This document shows positions 1-11,516 of a stretch of 64,000 nucleotides of DNA, in pieces. The notes under the pieces were generated by a model that saw nothing but the letters and a program-made list of their open reading frames with translations, did not search any database and had not been told where the DNA came from. This DNA is from Octopus vulgaris (taxonomy: Eukaryota), in the NCBI GenBank assembly GCA_951406725.2, contig OX597827.1, positions 11,222,001 to 11,286,000 of the forward strand. The letters run 5' to 3'. Within the stretch, counting starts at the first letter, position 1, and every line of letters begins with the position of its first letter. Both the position numbers and the translations under genes were made by a program.

Positions 1-449
1 TATGTTTATATGTATATTTTACACTGTACATCATAAATTCACACCTAATTTCTAACTTTTACAAATATTTTCTGTAGTATAAGAAACAAAAGCCAGAACT
101 ACAAAATTTATGTTAACATACAGAACACAAGGAAAATATATTTAATATATATTATATTTCATTTAAGAAAGGTGTTGAAAATGTCTAGCAACTTTTTTTA
201 ATAACACCATATAAGATGAAGAATTTAATTTTCTATTTCAACTATACATCAGGTGACAGCTCAGATATTGTGGTTTATGTGTGTTGTTTTAATTTGAGCT
301 TCTTTGTTGTTGTTGTTGTTGTTGTTATTTGGTGGTGGTGGTGGTGTTGGTAGTAGTAGTGGTGGTGTTGAACTCTGGGTGAGCCTGTCTTAAAAGAATT
401 TATTTCTTAGAGATATTCGACTGCTATTGGTAGTTTATTCACGTGAAAT

Positions 450-668
450 TGTGAGCTAGCAGAATTGTTAGTATGCCAGACAAAATGCTCAGCATGATAA
501 CCTCCACTTCCTTAAATTCTGAGCTCAAATACCACTGAGGTCGACTTTGTCTCTCATCCTTTTGTTGGGGGTCAATCAAAAATAAGATACCAGTTAAGCA
601 CCAGAATTGATGTACTCAACATCAAAATAACTTCAAAATAACTGGCCTTGTGTCAAAATTAGAAAGAG
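450..668 (+). mobile_element. SINE family B (tRNA-like head plus CCTTTCATCCTTTCGGGGTCGAT core, Meta/MESC-domain-like), degenerate
   Basis: Matches the cleaner copies at 17079, 45379 and 52136. Confidence 0.75.
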
Positions 669-746
669 TTGATAACTTACTATTATAAGCAGAGATATTA
701 AGGTGGTGAGCTGGCATAATCATTAGCATAACTTACTGTTATAAGC

Positions 747-1052
747 GTGGAGGCACATGGCCTAGTGGTTAGAGCAACAGACTTGCGGTCAAGGGATTGC
801 GGGTTTGAATCTCAGACCGGGTGATGTGTGTGTTTATGAGTGAAACACCTAAGCTCCAAGCGGCTCTGGCAGAAGGTAATGGCGAAACTTCTGCTGACTC
901 TTTCGCCACAACTTTCTCTCACTCTTTCCTCCTGCATCTTGCAGCTCACCTGCGACGGACCAGTGTCCCGTCCAGGTGGGGAACCTATACGCCAAGGAAA
1001 CCGGAAAACCGGCCCTATGAGCCAGGCATGGCTCGAGAAGAAACAAACAACA
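747..1052 (+). mobile_element. SINE family D (tRNA-derived head TGGCCTAGTGGTTAG...GGTTTGAATC, AAC-rich tail) with 12-bp TSD
   Basis: A/B-box-like head; TSD ACTGTTATAAGC at 735-746 and 1053-1064. Confidence 0.85.
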
Positions 1053-1073
1053 ACTGTTATAAGCAAAGATATA

Positions 1074-1285
1074 AGGCAGCAAGCAGGCACAATCGTTAGC
1101 ATGCTGGACGAAATGCTTAGTAGTATTTCACCCATCGCTGTGTTCTGAGTTCAAATTCCACAGAGGTTGACTTTGCCTTTCATTCTTTTGGGGTTGATAA
1201 ATTAAGTACCAGTGAAACACTGGGGTCGATGTAATCGACTCCCCTCTCCAAAACTGCTGTCTTTGTGACAAAATTCAAAACCATT
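1074..1285 (+). mobile_element. SINE family B copy
   Basis: GTTCTGAGTTCAAATTCC...GACTTTGCCTTTCAT...AAGTACCAG. Confidence 0.8.
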
Positions 1286-1324
1286 GTAAGCAAAGATATT
1301 TCAAAATATTTGTCATAGACACAA

Positions 1325-1735
1325 ATCTGGCAGTGTGGTAAGAAGCTTACTTCCCAACCACTTGTTTCAGGGTTCAGTCCCACTGCATGTCATCTTGCAC
1401 AAGTGTCTTCTATTATTAACTTCGAGCTGACCAAAGCCTTGTGAGTGGATTTTGTACATGGAAACTGAAAGAAGCCCATTGAATATATGTATATATCTAT
1501 GTCTTTGTGTCTGTGTTTGTCTCCCCACCACCACCACCACTACCACCCCTGTTTGACAAGTGGTGTTTGAGTGTTTATGTCCCTGTAACTTAGCAGTTCA
1601 GCAAAAGATATTGAAAGAATGAATACCATACTTATAAAAAAATTATGTACTGGGGTTTGATACATTCAACTAAAAGAAATTCCTAAAGGTGGTGCCCCAG
1701 CATGGCCACAGTCTAAGGAGTGAAACAAGAAAAAA
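1325..1735 (+). mobile_element. SINE family A, older copy
   Basis: Colinear with 1765-2172. Confidence 0.8.
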
Positions 1736-1764
1736 CAAAAAAACAAATAGATAAATAATTCATA

Positions 1765-2172
1765 GGCGCAGGAGTGGCTGTGTGGTAAGTAGCTTGCTAA
1801 CCAACCACATGGTTCCGGGTTCAGTCCCACTGCGTGGTATCTTGGGCAAGTGTCTTCTGCTATAGCCCCGGGCTGACCAATGCCTTGTGAGTGGATTTGG
1901 TAGATGGAAACTGAAAGAAGCCGTCATATATATGTATATATATATGTATGTGTGTTTGTGTGTCTGTGTTTGTCCCCCTAGCATTACTTGACAACCGGTG
2001 CTGGTGTGTTTACGTCCCCGTCACTTAGCGGTTCGGCAAAAGAGACCGATAGAATAAGTACTGGGCTTACAAAGAATAAGTCCCGGGGGTCGATTTGCTC
2101 GACTAAAGGCGGTGCTCCAGCATGGCCTCAGTCAAATGACTGAAACAAGTAAAAGAGTAAAGAGTAAAGAGT
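1765..2172 (+). mobile_element. SINE family A full length (head GGCGCAGGAGTGGCTGTGTGGTAAG, internal TA/TG microsatellite, (GTAAAAGA)n tail)
   Basis: A-box/B-box-like head; more than 20 related copies in the window. Confidence 0.9.
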
Positions 2173-2700
2173 ATATAATTTACTGAACTCTAATTCTTTA
2201 ATTTCATGAAATTTTAAAGATATACCTCCCTCCTATCATTTTTTTGTTTACATAGCTAATGTAACTTCATAATTTATTTCATATAAATAATTATTATATA
2301 CTTATATAACTAAATTAATTTCCAGCTATTTTTCTGACATATTTAATTATAACAATCAACCTCAGCTTACTTTGACTCTGTGATATGAATCAAATTAGGC
2401 AATTTATACTTTAAATTAATTTTTGCCATTTTAACAATAAAACATGGAGATAACAGTCACAGCACTTCAGCTTATCATTTCTTACCCGCTTCCTCTGGAG
2501 AGGTTCATTCATTCCCTCCCTTTGTCTCACACACAGTATCTATCTCATTAAAGTTTTCTCCCTCTCTCTCTATATCTAGCTGTGACACTCCTACCGCAAC
2601 CCCCATTGTTTTGCCTACCATTGTTTTGCAACTACATCTTTCCTGATACATCCTTACTTCTTTACTCGATATTTTTCCCATTTAAAATTTAAATGCTTAA

Positions 2701-2921
2701 CCCTTTAGTGTTCAGATTACTCTGTTAAATGTAATACTTTTTCACTCAAATTGTTTTGAATTAATCATGCATTATCTTATAGCTTTGAGGTTTCAATGAT
2801 GTGACTGTTTAGTTTTTAGAATATCAATGTAGGTTAGGTGTGAGAGACCTGATCTGGTCTGTTTAAACATAAAATAGGTAGAAAACTTCGGCCGGATATG
2901 GCCAGTTTAAACACTAAATGC
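2701..2921. mobile_element. piggyBac-type MITE (TTAA-flanked)
   Basis: TTAA-CCCTTTAGTGTT ... AACACTAAATGC-TTAA imperfect TIRs. Confidence 0.6.
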
Positions 2922-2946
2922 TTAAATATAGCCAATTAGGCAAATT

Positions 2947-3028
2947 GTCTACTATAGACGCTGTATCTGCCAGATCATGTGATTTCATCCTGTTTTGGGC
3001 CCATCAGTGGCAGATGTCCTGTAGTGAC
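2947..3028 (-). ncRNA. Extended type I hammerhead ribozyme, partly decayed
   Basis: Minus strand: ATCTGCCA-CTGATGG-GCCC AAAACA GGAT-GAAA-TCA CA TGA-TC^TGGCAGAT; 8-bp stem I plus outer helix. Confidence 0.75.
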
Positions 3029-3132
3029 ATAACAGCTGAATTTCACTGACAACAAAAAATAGAATTTCAGTGTCTTTTTAAGCGCTGATGTTGCGAATAG
3101 TTAGCAAACTTATTACAAAATAATTAATTATA

Positions 3133-3716
3133 GGCGCAGGAGTGGCTGTGTGGTAAGTAGCTTGCTTACCAACCACATGGCTCCGAGTTCAGTCCCACTG
3201 CGTAGCACCTTGGTCAAGTGTCTTCTACTATAGCCTCAGGCCAACCAAAGCCTTGTGAGTGGATTTGTAGATGGAAACTGAAAGAAGCCTGTCGTATATA
3301 TGTATATATATATATATAGTTAATCCAAACAAGAAAACACAACAACGCGAGGACGTGGAACAAATATAGTATTATTGGACACTCAGGAAAGAAGGGAAGA
3401 AGGAGGGTTTAACGTTTCGGGCGGAGCTCTTCGTCGGAAACATAGGAGAAGGAAAGATCCAGAGAAGGGAAGACAGAGGAAAAAAATCGCCAATGGTACA
3501 CACGAGGTCACATCTGTATTTGTCCACCGCAACATAGCTTAACAACCGATGCTGGTGTGTTTACATCCCTGTAACTTAGCGGTTTGGCTAAAGAACCTGA
3601 TGGAATAAGTACTAGGCTTACAAAGAATAAATCCTGGGGTCGATTTGCTCGACTAAAAGCGGTGCCCCAGCATGGCCACTGTCAAATGACTGAAACAAGT
3701 AAAAGAGTAAAAGAGT
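3133..3716 (+). mobile_element. SINE family A interrupted at its TA tract by a ~195-bp insertion (3319-3513)
   Basis: Head at 3133, body resumes ~3514, tail to 3716. Confidence 0.85.
3319..3513 (-). mobile_element. Penelope-like pLTR remnant carrying a minimal HHR (3407-3441)
   Basis: Minus: GTTT-CCGACGA-AGAGC TCC GCCC-GAAA-CG-TT^AAAC; inserted in (TA)n. Confidence 0.6.
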
Positions 3717-3857
3717 GACAGAAGCAGTATTGATATTAAAAGGTAATCTTTATATCCTACCTAATGTGGACATTGTGTTAGAACACTGAATACTGCATTA
3801 TATACCCAGAGAGAACCTCTCATATAAACATGTGGTGCATAAAAGCACTTGTATTTA

Positions 3858-4200
3858 CATCATCATCATCATCATCATTTAACGCCCGCTTTCCATGCTA
3901 GCATGGGTTGGGCGGTTCGACTGGGGTCTGGGAAGCCAGGAGGCTGCACCAGGCCCAGTCTGATTTGGCAGTGATTCTACAGCTTGATGCCCTTCCTAAC
4001 GCCAACCACTCCATGAGTGTAGTGGGTGCTTTTTACGTGCCACCGGCACAGGTGCCAGGGGAGGCTGGCAACATCCACGATTGGTTGGTGCTTTTTACAT
4101 GCCACCGGCATGGAGGCCAGTCAGGGTGGCACTGGCAACGGTCACATTTGGATGGTTCTCTTACGTGCCATGGGCACTGGTATCACAACTACAATTTCCA
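3858..4200 (-). mobile_element. SINE family C ((GAT)n tail, GGTTGGCGTTAGGAAGGGCATCCAG core, internal GGCACGTAAAA repeats)
   Basis: Matches 19364, 26190, 52070 and 59308. Confidence 0.8.
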
Positions 4201-4354
4201 TTTTACCAAAATGCTTTCGAGTTTTTAATTCAAATCCATCCAAAATAAAATAGGATTTAAATTCCTATAACTGAATATTAAAAAATATTACTCATCCATA
4301 ACTAAACAGTTATTAATTAATAACAAAAAATATACAAAATCAAGTGGCTCTCAT

Positions 4355-4545
4355 GCAAGTCACATGTAAAAAGCACACACTATGCTCTCAGAGTGGTTGG
4401 CATTAGGAAGGGCATCCAGCTGTAGAAACATTGCCAGATTGGATTGGAGCCTCATGCAGCCTTCTGGCTTGCCAGCCCTCAATTAAACCATCCAACCCAT
4501 GCCAGCAGGGAAAACAGATGTTAAACGACGATGATGATGATGATG
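4355..4545 (+). mobile_element. SINE family C 3' half, inverted relative to the 3858 copy
   Basis: Core and (GAT)n tail. Confidence 0.8.
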
Positions 4546-4962
4546 TTTGATTATACCAAGTTTTTGGACCCTTTTGTTTTTTAAAAAAACTCTAAACCAA
4601 ACTAACAAAAAAAAAAGACTTGCATCATTTCCACCCCAAGAGCTATGAATAAATATTGATGTCATTCTCACAATCAACCATTCTCTTGATATAACATCAA
4701 ACTTGCACAATTCCCCATGCTACCCAAATCTTTAAGCAGAATGAAATGCTAAATTATATAAACACTCTTTGAATATTACAAACGATTTGTTTAAAAACAT
4801 TTCAATAAGGTTATCTAACATTTCTGCCAATAAAGAGTATTTTAATGTTGCTTTCAATAGTACCATGGTGCCCTCAGCGAGCCTACTTACTGTTATATAT
4901 ATATGTATATATATGTATATATGATATATGAGTGTGTGTATGTGTATGTGTGTGTATGTGCA

Positions 4963-4994
<32 letters not shown>

Positions 4995-5082
4995 TGTGTG
5001 TGAATTCTTTTATTTTTTTACTTGTTTCAGTCATTTGACTGTGGCCTTGTTGTATATAGGTGTGTATAAATTTGCATATATA

Positions 5083-5282
<200 letters not shown>

Positions 5283-5324
5283 ATGTACTATTCTAAGTAT
5301 ATATATATATGTATATAGGTGTAT

Positions 5325-5755
5325 ATGAGGTTGTGTTGTATGTGGTAAGAAGCTTGCTTACCAACAAAATGGATCCAGGTTCAGTCACACTGTGTAGTAC
5401 CTGGGGCAAGTGTCTTCTACTATACCCTTGAGCTGACCAAAGCCTTGGGAGTGGATTTGCTAGATGGAAACTGAAAGAAGCCCATCATATATATATGCAT
5501 GCATATATCTATGTATGTGTGGTCTTTGTGTCAGTGCTTGTCCACCCCACTGCCCATCCTCCCATCACCGCTTGACAACCGGAGTTGGTGTGTTTATGTC
5601 CCTGTAACTTAGCGGTTCAGCAAAAGAGACCGATAGAATAAATACTAGGCTTAAGAAATTGTCTTGGGGTTGATTTCCTTGACTAAAAACCCTCAAGGTG
5701 CTGCTCCTGCATGGCTGAAATTACATGACTGAAACAAGTAAAAGAATAAAAGAAT
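5325..5755 (+). mobile_element. SINE family A
   Basis: Colinear with family consensus. Confidence 0.8.
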
Positions 5756-6062
5756 AAATATATTTCATTTATCATTAACTCGTTTCATTCATTGGACTGT
5801 GGCCATGCTGGGGCACTGCACTGAAGGATGTACTTTTTTAAAGTCTGGTACTTACTCTAAAGATTTTGTTTCTCTTTTGCCAAACCATTAAGCTGTGGAG
5901 TCATCATAAACATATTAACATTGGTTGGCAAGAGCGGGTGAGGGGACAAACACAAAGACACACACACACGTATAGACACCTTCAATTATATATGTGTATA
6001 TAGATATGTATATATGTGTCCATATAAATATGTATGTACATATATATATATATACATATATA

Positions 6063-6126
6063 TATATACGAAAGAAGGTTTGAAAATGCAATTTAAATTG
6101 CATTTTCAAACCTTCTTTCGTATATA
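6063..6126. repeat. Perfect 64-bp palindrome
   Basis: TATATACGAAAGAAGGTTTGAAAATGCAATTT|AAATTGCATTTTCAAACCTTCTTTCGTATATA. Confidence 0.9.
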
Positions 6127-6421
6127 ATTCCACTCGTGCGATACCCCACAACTCAACTTTGTTACATATATATATATATATATATATAGATATACATATA
6201 TATATACATATATATATATACACATACACACACATATACATATATAGTTATATATACATATGTATATTTGTGTATGACTCAGGAGGAATGGGCAGTTTCC
6301 ATGACTCATGCCATTAATGTTCTTCTTAAAATATTTGCCTATCAACACATACTGAAAAACATTGTGAGTAGTAAGGAAATTCCAGAGGGCCAAAGCATAT
6401 ATATTAATATTTCTATATATA

Positions 6422-6985
6422 CACAGACATGCAGTAAGTAAATAGACACTTTTAATTTTCAAAATTTCTGATCTAAGCATCTTAATATGTTTTCAGCAGT
6501 GTAGAATTTACAATGTAATTATTCTTTTTCATTCCAGGTGCCATTATATTAAGCATTTGCGAAGAGTAACCATGCCATGCCCCCCAAAATTTAGCACAAC
6601 TGCCAAATTTTCAAAGAGGTCATATTGTTGGGCAATCTGAGGCTGGTCTTAGCCAGTGAAAAATTGTCGAAAATCTTCAAATTCCCCTTGCTACTGTTAA
6701 TAGAATTATAGTGCAATTCAAAAGCTACGGAAAAGAACCAACAAATTCACGTCCTGCCTGAGCTGGGCCCTTGGAAAGGAAACTTCACTGTTTGAAGAGA
6801 ATTGTAGAAAACAAACTCCGTTCAAAGGCTTCAGACATTGCAAAACAGCTAGAAGTTAGTCCAAAAACGTGTGTTGCATATCTTCATGGACGAGCAGCTA
6901 GAAGAAAACCTCTCCTTCATCCAATTAATATCAAATAAAAGATTTTGAAAATTAACGGTGTCTATTTACTTCCTGCATGTCTATG
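6422..6985 (+). mobile_element. Internally deleted Tc1-like DNA transposon
   Basis: ~40-bp TIRs (AGACATGCAGTAAGTAAATAGACAC / GTGTCTATTTACTTCCTGCATGTCT) in a TA context. Confidence 0.85.
6572..6938 (+). pseudogene. Tc1 transposase N-terminal HTH DNA-binding region, disrupted
   Basis: Manual translation: [37 protein letters not shown]...SRPA*AGP...GRAARRKPLLHP; frameshift and stops. Confidence 0.8.
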
Positions 6986-7004
6986 TGTATATAAATATAT
7001 ATAT

Positions 7005-7202
7005 TGTTTTGGGATTTGGTTTGCAAGATTCTTTATATGAGTCCATGTGTTGAAGCATATTCTGTTGTGTCTGGACAGAGTCATTTTGTTTTTGTGCCCT
7101 ATAATTTAACACACTCACCGGTAAAATTTCCCCTTATTTCTTATTTTTATTTTCCTAAATTATAAGGCACAAAAAGAAAATGACTCTTCCCAGACACAAC
7201 AG
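7005..7202 (-). mobile_element. Penelope-like remnant with terminal fold-back (arms 7062-7108 / 7156-7202)
   Basis: Homologous to 43526-43660; (TA)n-flanked. Confidence 0.6.
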
Positions 7203-7235
<33 letters not shown>

Positions 7236-7334
7236 TGTGCCACTCATGCCTGCATGGAAGGCAGATGTTAAATGATGATATAATATATATATATATATAT
7301 ATATATAAATCTCAAAAAAAGGATCAAAGTTCTT

Positions 7335-7565
7335 TCCAAACCCATAGGCTTATAAGGCTGGATTCCAAGATTCCATGGCTTATATATTCCTCAACTAGAT
7401 GGGAAGCTGGTCTGTCACAGGATGCCTTATCTTTCCCAGCTGAGTGAACAGGGGTAATGTGAAATGAAGTGTTTTGCCCAAGAACACAACACATCACTCA
7501 GTCTAGGAATCAAAACCACAATCTCACAATCACAAGAGTAACACTCTTACCACAAAGCCACATAA
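7335..7565 (-). mobile_element. SINE family D, degenerate
   Basis: GTGTTCTTGGGCAAAACACTTCATTTCAC (CORE-like) on minus strand. Confidence 0.65.
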
Positions 7566-7824
7566 CTCCACATGCATAAATATATAATTATATACACATA
7601 TGTATTTATATATGTGTAGATAATTATATTCATATACACACACATATACATACACACACACACACACACACACACAACAAACACACATATATATATATAT
7701 ATACATATACACACACCTATTTATGCATTCATACATATATACATACATACATATATATATATTTTTACATACTTGCACATAATTACATTCATATACACAC
7801 ACACATATGTATATATTCATGTAC

Positions 7825-7870
<46 letters not shown>

Positions 7871-8110
7871 GTGTGTGTGTGTTATATATATATATATATA
7901 TATTATATATTATACATACATATAGATACACGTACACATATATGTGATATATATCAACATATCTATATATTTTATGTTGGTATTAAATATATATAAATTT
8001 TTTATCATATCAAATATATATATATTTTTTTTTATCATATACTTATTTCAGTCATTAGACTGCAGCAATGCTTATATGAGTGTATATATACTTATATATG
8101 TATATCTATA

Positions 8111-8155
<45 letters not shown>

Positions 8156-8689
8156 TCACAAACATATATGCATATAAATGTATATATATATATATGCACA
8201 CACTTATGCAAATATATATATATATATTTCTATATGTAAAAAGGGAGGGAGAAGAGAAGGATGTAGTGGTGGTGGTGGGGGGTGTATATTTTGTTATATG
8301 TGTCTACGTGTCTCAAATGACATTTATATCATAACCATAACATTTCAGAGAAGTATATTATAGGTGATAAGTGAAGCTAGCGAAAATTTTCTCGGCTCCA
8401 CATAGCTCTGATTATGTCCCCTAGGAAACGATCTTATCTGCCACTTTTCATAATTTCTTCACAGAAATAATAGCGTTCATGCATGGTTGACTTCTCCAAG
8501 ACATTCACATCCACTCTGAGTCAAGCAGACTTTTTCATTCTTCACTTAACTGTAAAAATCTGTCTTACAATCAGCTTGTTCTAAAGTGAAGTTTACAATT
8601 CAAACCATAAGCCAGTTCCAAATAGTTAAGTCTATATTTTCATAGCAACATATTTGAGTAATGTTAAGTCAATATTTTATTTTTATTAT

Positions 8690-8980
8690 TATTATAGGAT
8701 TGTTGTTGTTGTGTTTGTCTTTTTGCTACTGCTGCTGCTGCTGCTGCTGTTGTTGTTGTCCTTCCTGCTGCTGCTGATGTTTTTATTTTTGCTATTTTTG
8801 CTGTTTTTGCTCTTGGTGTTTTTGATGCTGTTTTTATTTTGTTGTTGCTGTTGTTTTGAGTGTTGTTATTGTTGATGATTGCTGTTGTTGTTTTTGTCAT
8901 TGAGGTTTTATTGTTGTTCTCGTTGTCATTGTTGCTGCTACTGCTTCTGCTGCTGCTGCTGCTGCTGTTATAGTTATTGT
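8690..8980. repeat. Compound (GTT)/(GCT) trinucleotide repeat
   Basis: Direct inspection. Confidence 0.85.
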
Positions 8981-9148
8981 TTAGCCCCAGGTCGTCCCTG
9001 ATTGAGTAGACCTATGATCGAAAGCATTCCAGCTACGGCTATCCTGATTTTATTTTGTGTATGTATGTAAATGTACATTTGTGTGTGTGCATGTGTAAAT
9101 ATTCTTATGTATGTATGTGTGTGTGTGTATTTACATGTGGGCATTGCC

Positions 9149-9592
9149 TTACTCTTTTACTTGTTTCAGTCATTTGACTGTGGCCATGCTGGAGCACGAC
9201 CTTTAGTCAAACAAATCGATCCCAGGACATATTCTTTGTAAACCTAGTACTTATTCTATCGGTCACTTTTGCCGAACCACTAAGTTATGGGGACGTAAAC
9301 ACACCAGCATCGGATGTCAAGCGATGTTGTGGGGACAAACACAGACACATAAACACACACACACACACATTTAAATAAGAAGCCCGTCGCATATGTATAT
9401 ATATATATATAATTTATCAATAATATATAACAGGCTTCTTTCAGTTTCCGTCTACCAAATCCACTCACAAGGTTTTGGTTGGCCCAAGGCTATAGTAGAA
9501 GACACTTGCCCAAGATGCCACACAGTGGGACTCAACCTGATACTGTGTGGTTTGTAAGCAAGCTACTTACCACACAGCTACTCCTACGCCTA
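9149..9592 (-). mobile_element. SINE family A
   Basis: Reverse complement of consensus. Confidence 0.85.
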
Positions 9593-9600
9593 TGTGTGAC

Positions 9601-9713
9601 ACTTACAACACCTATGTTTCCCAAGCGGTCCCCCAACTAAGTACTAACTAGGCTCGACATTGCTTAACTTTGGTGATTGGATGAAAACCGGTGCTTTCAA
9701 TGTGATATGGCCA
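9601..9713 (-). pseudogene. 5S rRNA pseudogene
   Basis: Minus: GGCCATATCACATTGAAAGCACCGGTTTTCATCCAATCACCAAAGTTAAGCAATGTCGAGCCTAGTTAGTACTTAGTTGGGGGACCGCTTGGGAAACATAGGTGTTGTAAG; colinear with invertebrate 5S, with many CpG-type changes. Confidence 0.9.
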
Positions 9714-9882
9714 GAATTTTAGCTGAACAAATCGACTTCAGGACTTATTTTTTAAGCCTAGTACTTATTCAATTAGTCTCTTTGCTGAACCGTTAAGTTA
9801 TGGAGACATTAACACACCTACACTGGTTGTCAAATTGTGGTGGGGTACAAACACAAAAACAAAGACACACATATGCATAGAT

Positions 9883-9914
<32 letters not shown>

Positions 9915-9964
9915 GGAAAAAAGTCAAGGTAGGAAATGCTAAAATAATTTTATAAAAAGCATTT

Positions 9965-10000
9965 CACTACCGGTTTCAGTTATTGAGACTTTTTCAACTA
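9965..10000 (-). ncRNA. Minimal HHR, U3-A8 core variant
   Basis: TAG-TTGAAAA-AGTC TCAAT AACT-GAAA-CCGG-TA^GTG; the partner arm at 10642-10661 has GACT and ^CTG, restoring stems II and I. Confidence 0.55.
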
Positions 10001-10108
10001 TAAGTATGGAAAACAATAAAATTTTGACAATTGCAGCATGGAAGGTGTTTATAAGCCATTTAAGAAACACACAAAAACCGTTAGATTCACTTCAACATTT
10101 AAATTTAA

Positions 10109-10159
10109 TTTGTCAAAATATTTTCGTCACTTTGGGACTGCGACCTGTTCACTGACAAA
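10109..10159 (-). ncRNA. Minimal HHR, G3-C8 variant (left arm of hairpin)
   Basis: TTTGTCA-GTGAACA-G-GTCGC...GTGAC-GAAA-ATAT-TT^TGACAAA. Confidence 0.7.
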
Positions 10160-10192
10160 ATTCTGTGCTACAACTGTGATGCAGCACAGAAT

Positions 10193-10243
10193 TTTGTCAG
10201 TGAACAGGTCGTGGTCTCAAAGTGACGAAAATATTTTGACAAA
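10193..10243 (+). ncRNA. Minimal HHR, G3-C8 variant (right arm of hairpin)
   Basis: 7-bp stem I TTTGTCA/TGACAAA; palindromic stem III AATATT. Confidence 0.7.
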
Positions 10244-10595
10244 TTAAATTTAAATGTTGAAGTGAATCTAACGGTTTTTGTGTGTTTCTTAAATGGCTTA
10301 TAAACACCTTCCATGCTGCAATTGTTTTCGTTCCAGCACATGATCTCAGATCAGGTCACTTGCTATGCATGTACATCTCCATAAATAAAATTTTGGAAAT
10401 ATTAAAAGAAAAATTTTTTAAAAGAATATTTGTATAGTTTTCAAATACAAGGGACATTTTCTTTGTTTCTGCCTGTCTCTGTCTCTCTTGTTTACTCTTG
10501 TGGATTCGAGGTCGTTGTGAATTCTTGGTAGGGAAGAAGAAGAAGAAGAAGAAGAAGGAGGAGGAGGAGGAGGAGGAGGAGGAGGAGAAGAAAGA

Positions 10596-10631
<36 letters not shown>

Positions 10632-10753
10632 CAATAATAATAATGACTGAAACCGGTACTGAAATGATTTTTATAAAATTATTTTACCATTTCCTACCTT
10701 GACTTTTTTTCCATATGTATCAACTCATGTGTTTCTTTTGAAACTCTTCTACG

Positions 10754-10803
<50 letters not shown>

Positions 10804-10899
10804 CATACATATATATATATACATGTATGTAACGTACTGTTCCATAATAGAAATATAAACAAAAAAAACGTCTCCATCTGATGAGAGATAAATGTTATC

Positions 10900-11430
10900 C
10901 ATTTAAAGGACACAGTACATGGTTTAAGTGTTATTAATAGTTTAATATACTGGAAACATCTCAAACATATTCATCAGGCACAAACTATATATCATAACGA
11001 ATTAAAAAACATTGAATAAGAGAAGAAACTCGATAAAGCTGAGAAGGCGGTGGCAAACATATGTATAAATATATTTTGAAGAATTGGAAAATTCTGCCTT
11101 TACCTGATTATCTTATTGTTATCATTGCAACTTTATAGTTTAAGGTCTAAGGAGGATAACTCTTTCACCTTTTTTTTTTTCACTTTTTTTTAAAAAACAT
11201 TTTAGTTTTTACTTTTTTGTTCTTAATTTTTTTGTTCTCTATTTTTTTAACCTTCCGCATCGTTTATATGCTATCTTCTCAGCTTTTCCATGTTTGTTCT
11301 CTTATTCATTTATTTTATTAGTTTGTTATGATATGTTGCTTCTGCCTGATGATAAATATGATTGAGATGTTTGTCAACATATGAATCTATTTCTAGCACT
11401 TAAAGACATGTATTGTGTCCTTCAAGTTAA
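10900..11430. repeat. Older diverged inverted repeat (~10900-11050 / 11270-11430) with CTGATGA in each arm
   Basis: AAGGACACAGTACATG..TTAAGTG versus CACTTAA..CATGTATTGTGTCCTT. Confidence 0.65.
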
Positions 11431-11516
11431 TACTATATATATATATATATATTTAAACAATGTAATTTTCTTTTTTCCCCCACCTCAATTATAAAAAAAT
11501 TTTCTTTTCACCTTAC

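Larger units (their letters stand above)
9911..10716. mobile_element. Nested inverted-repeat composite of Penelope-like remnants
   Basis: Outer IR 9911-9985 / 10642-10716; inner hairpin 10027-10325. Confidence 0.7.
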
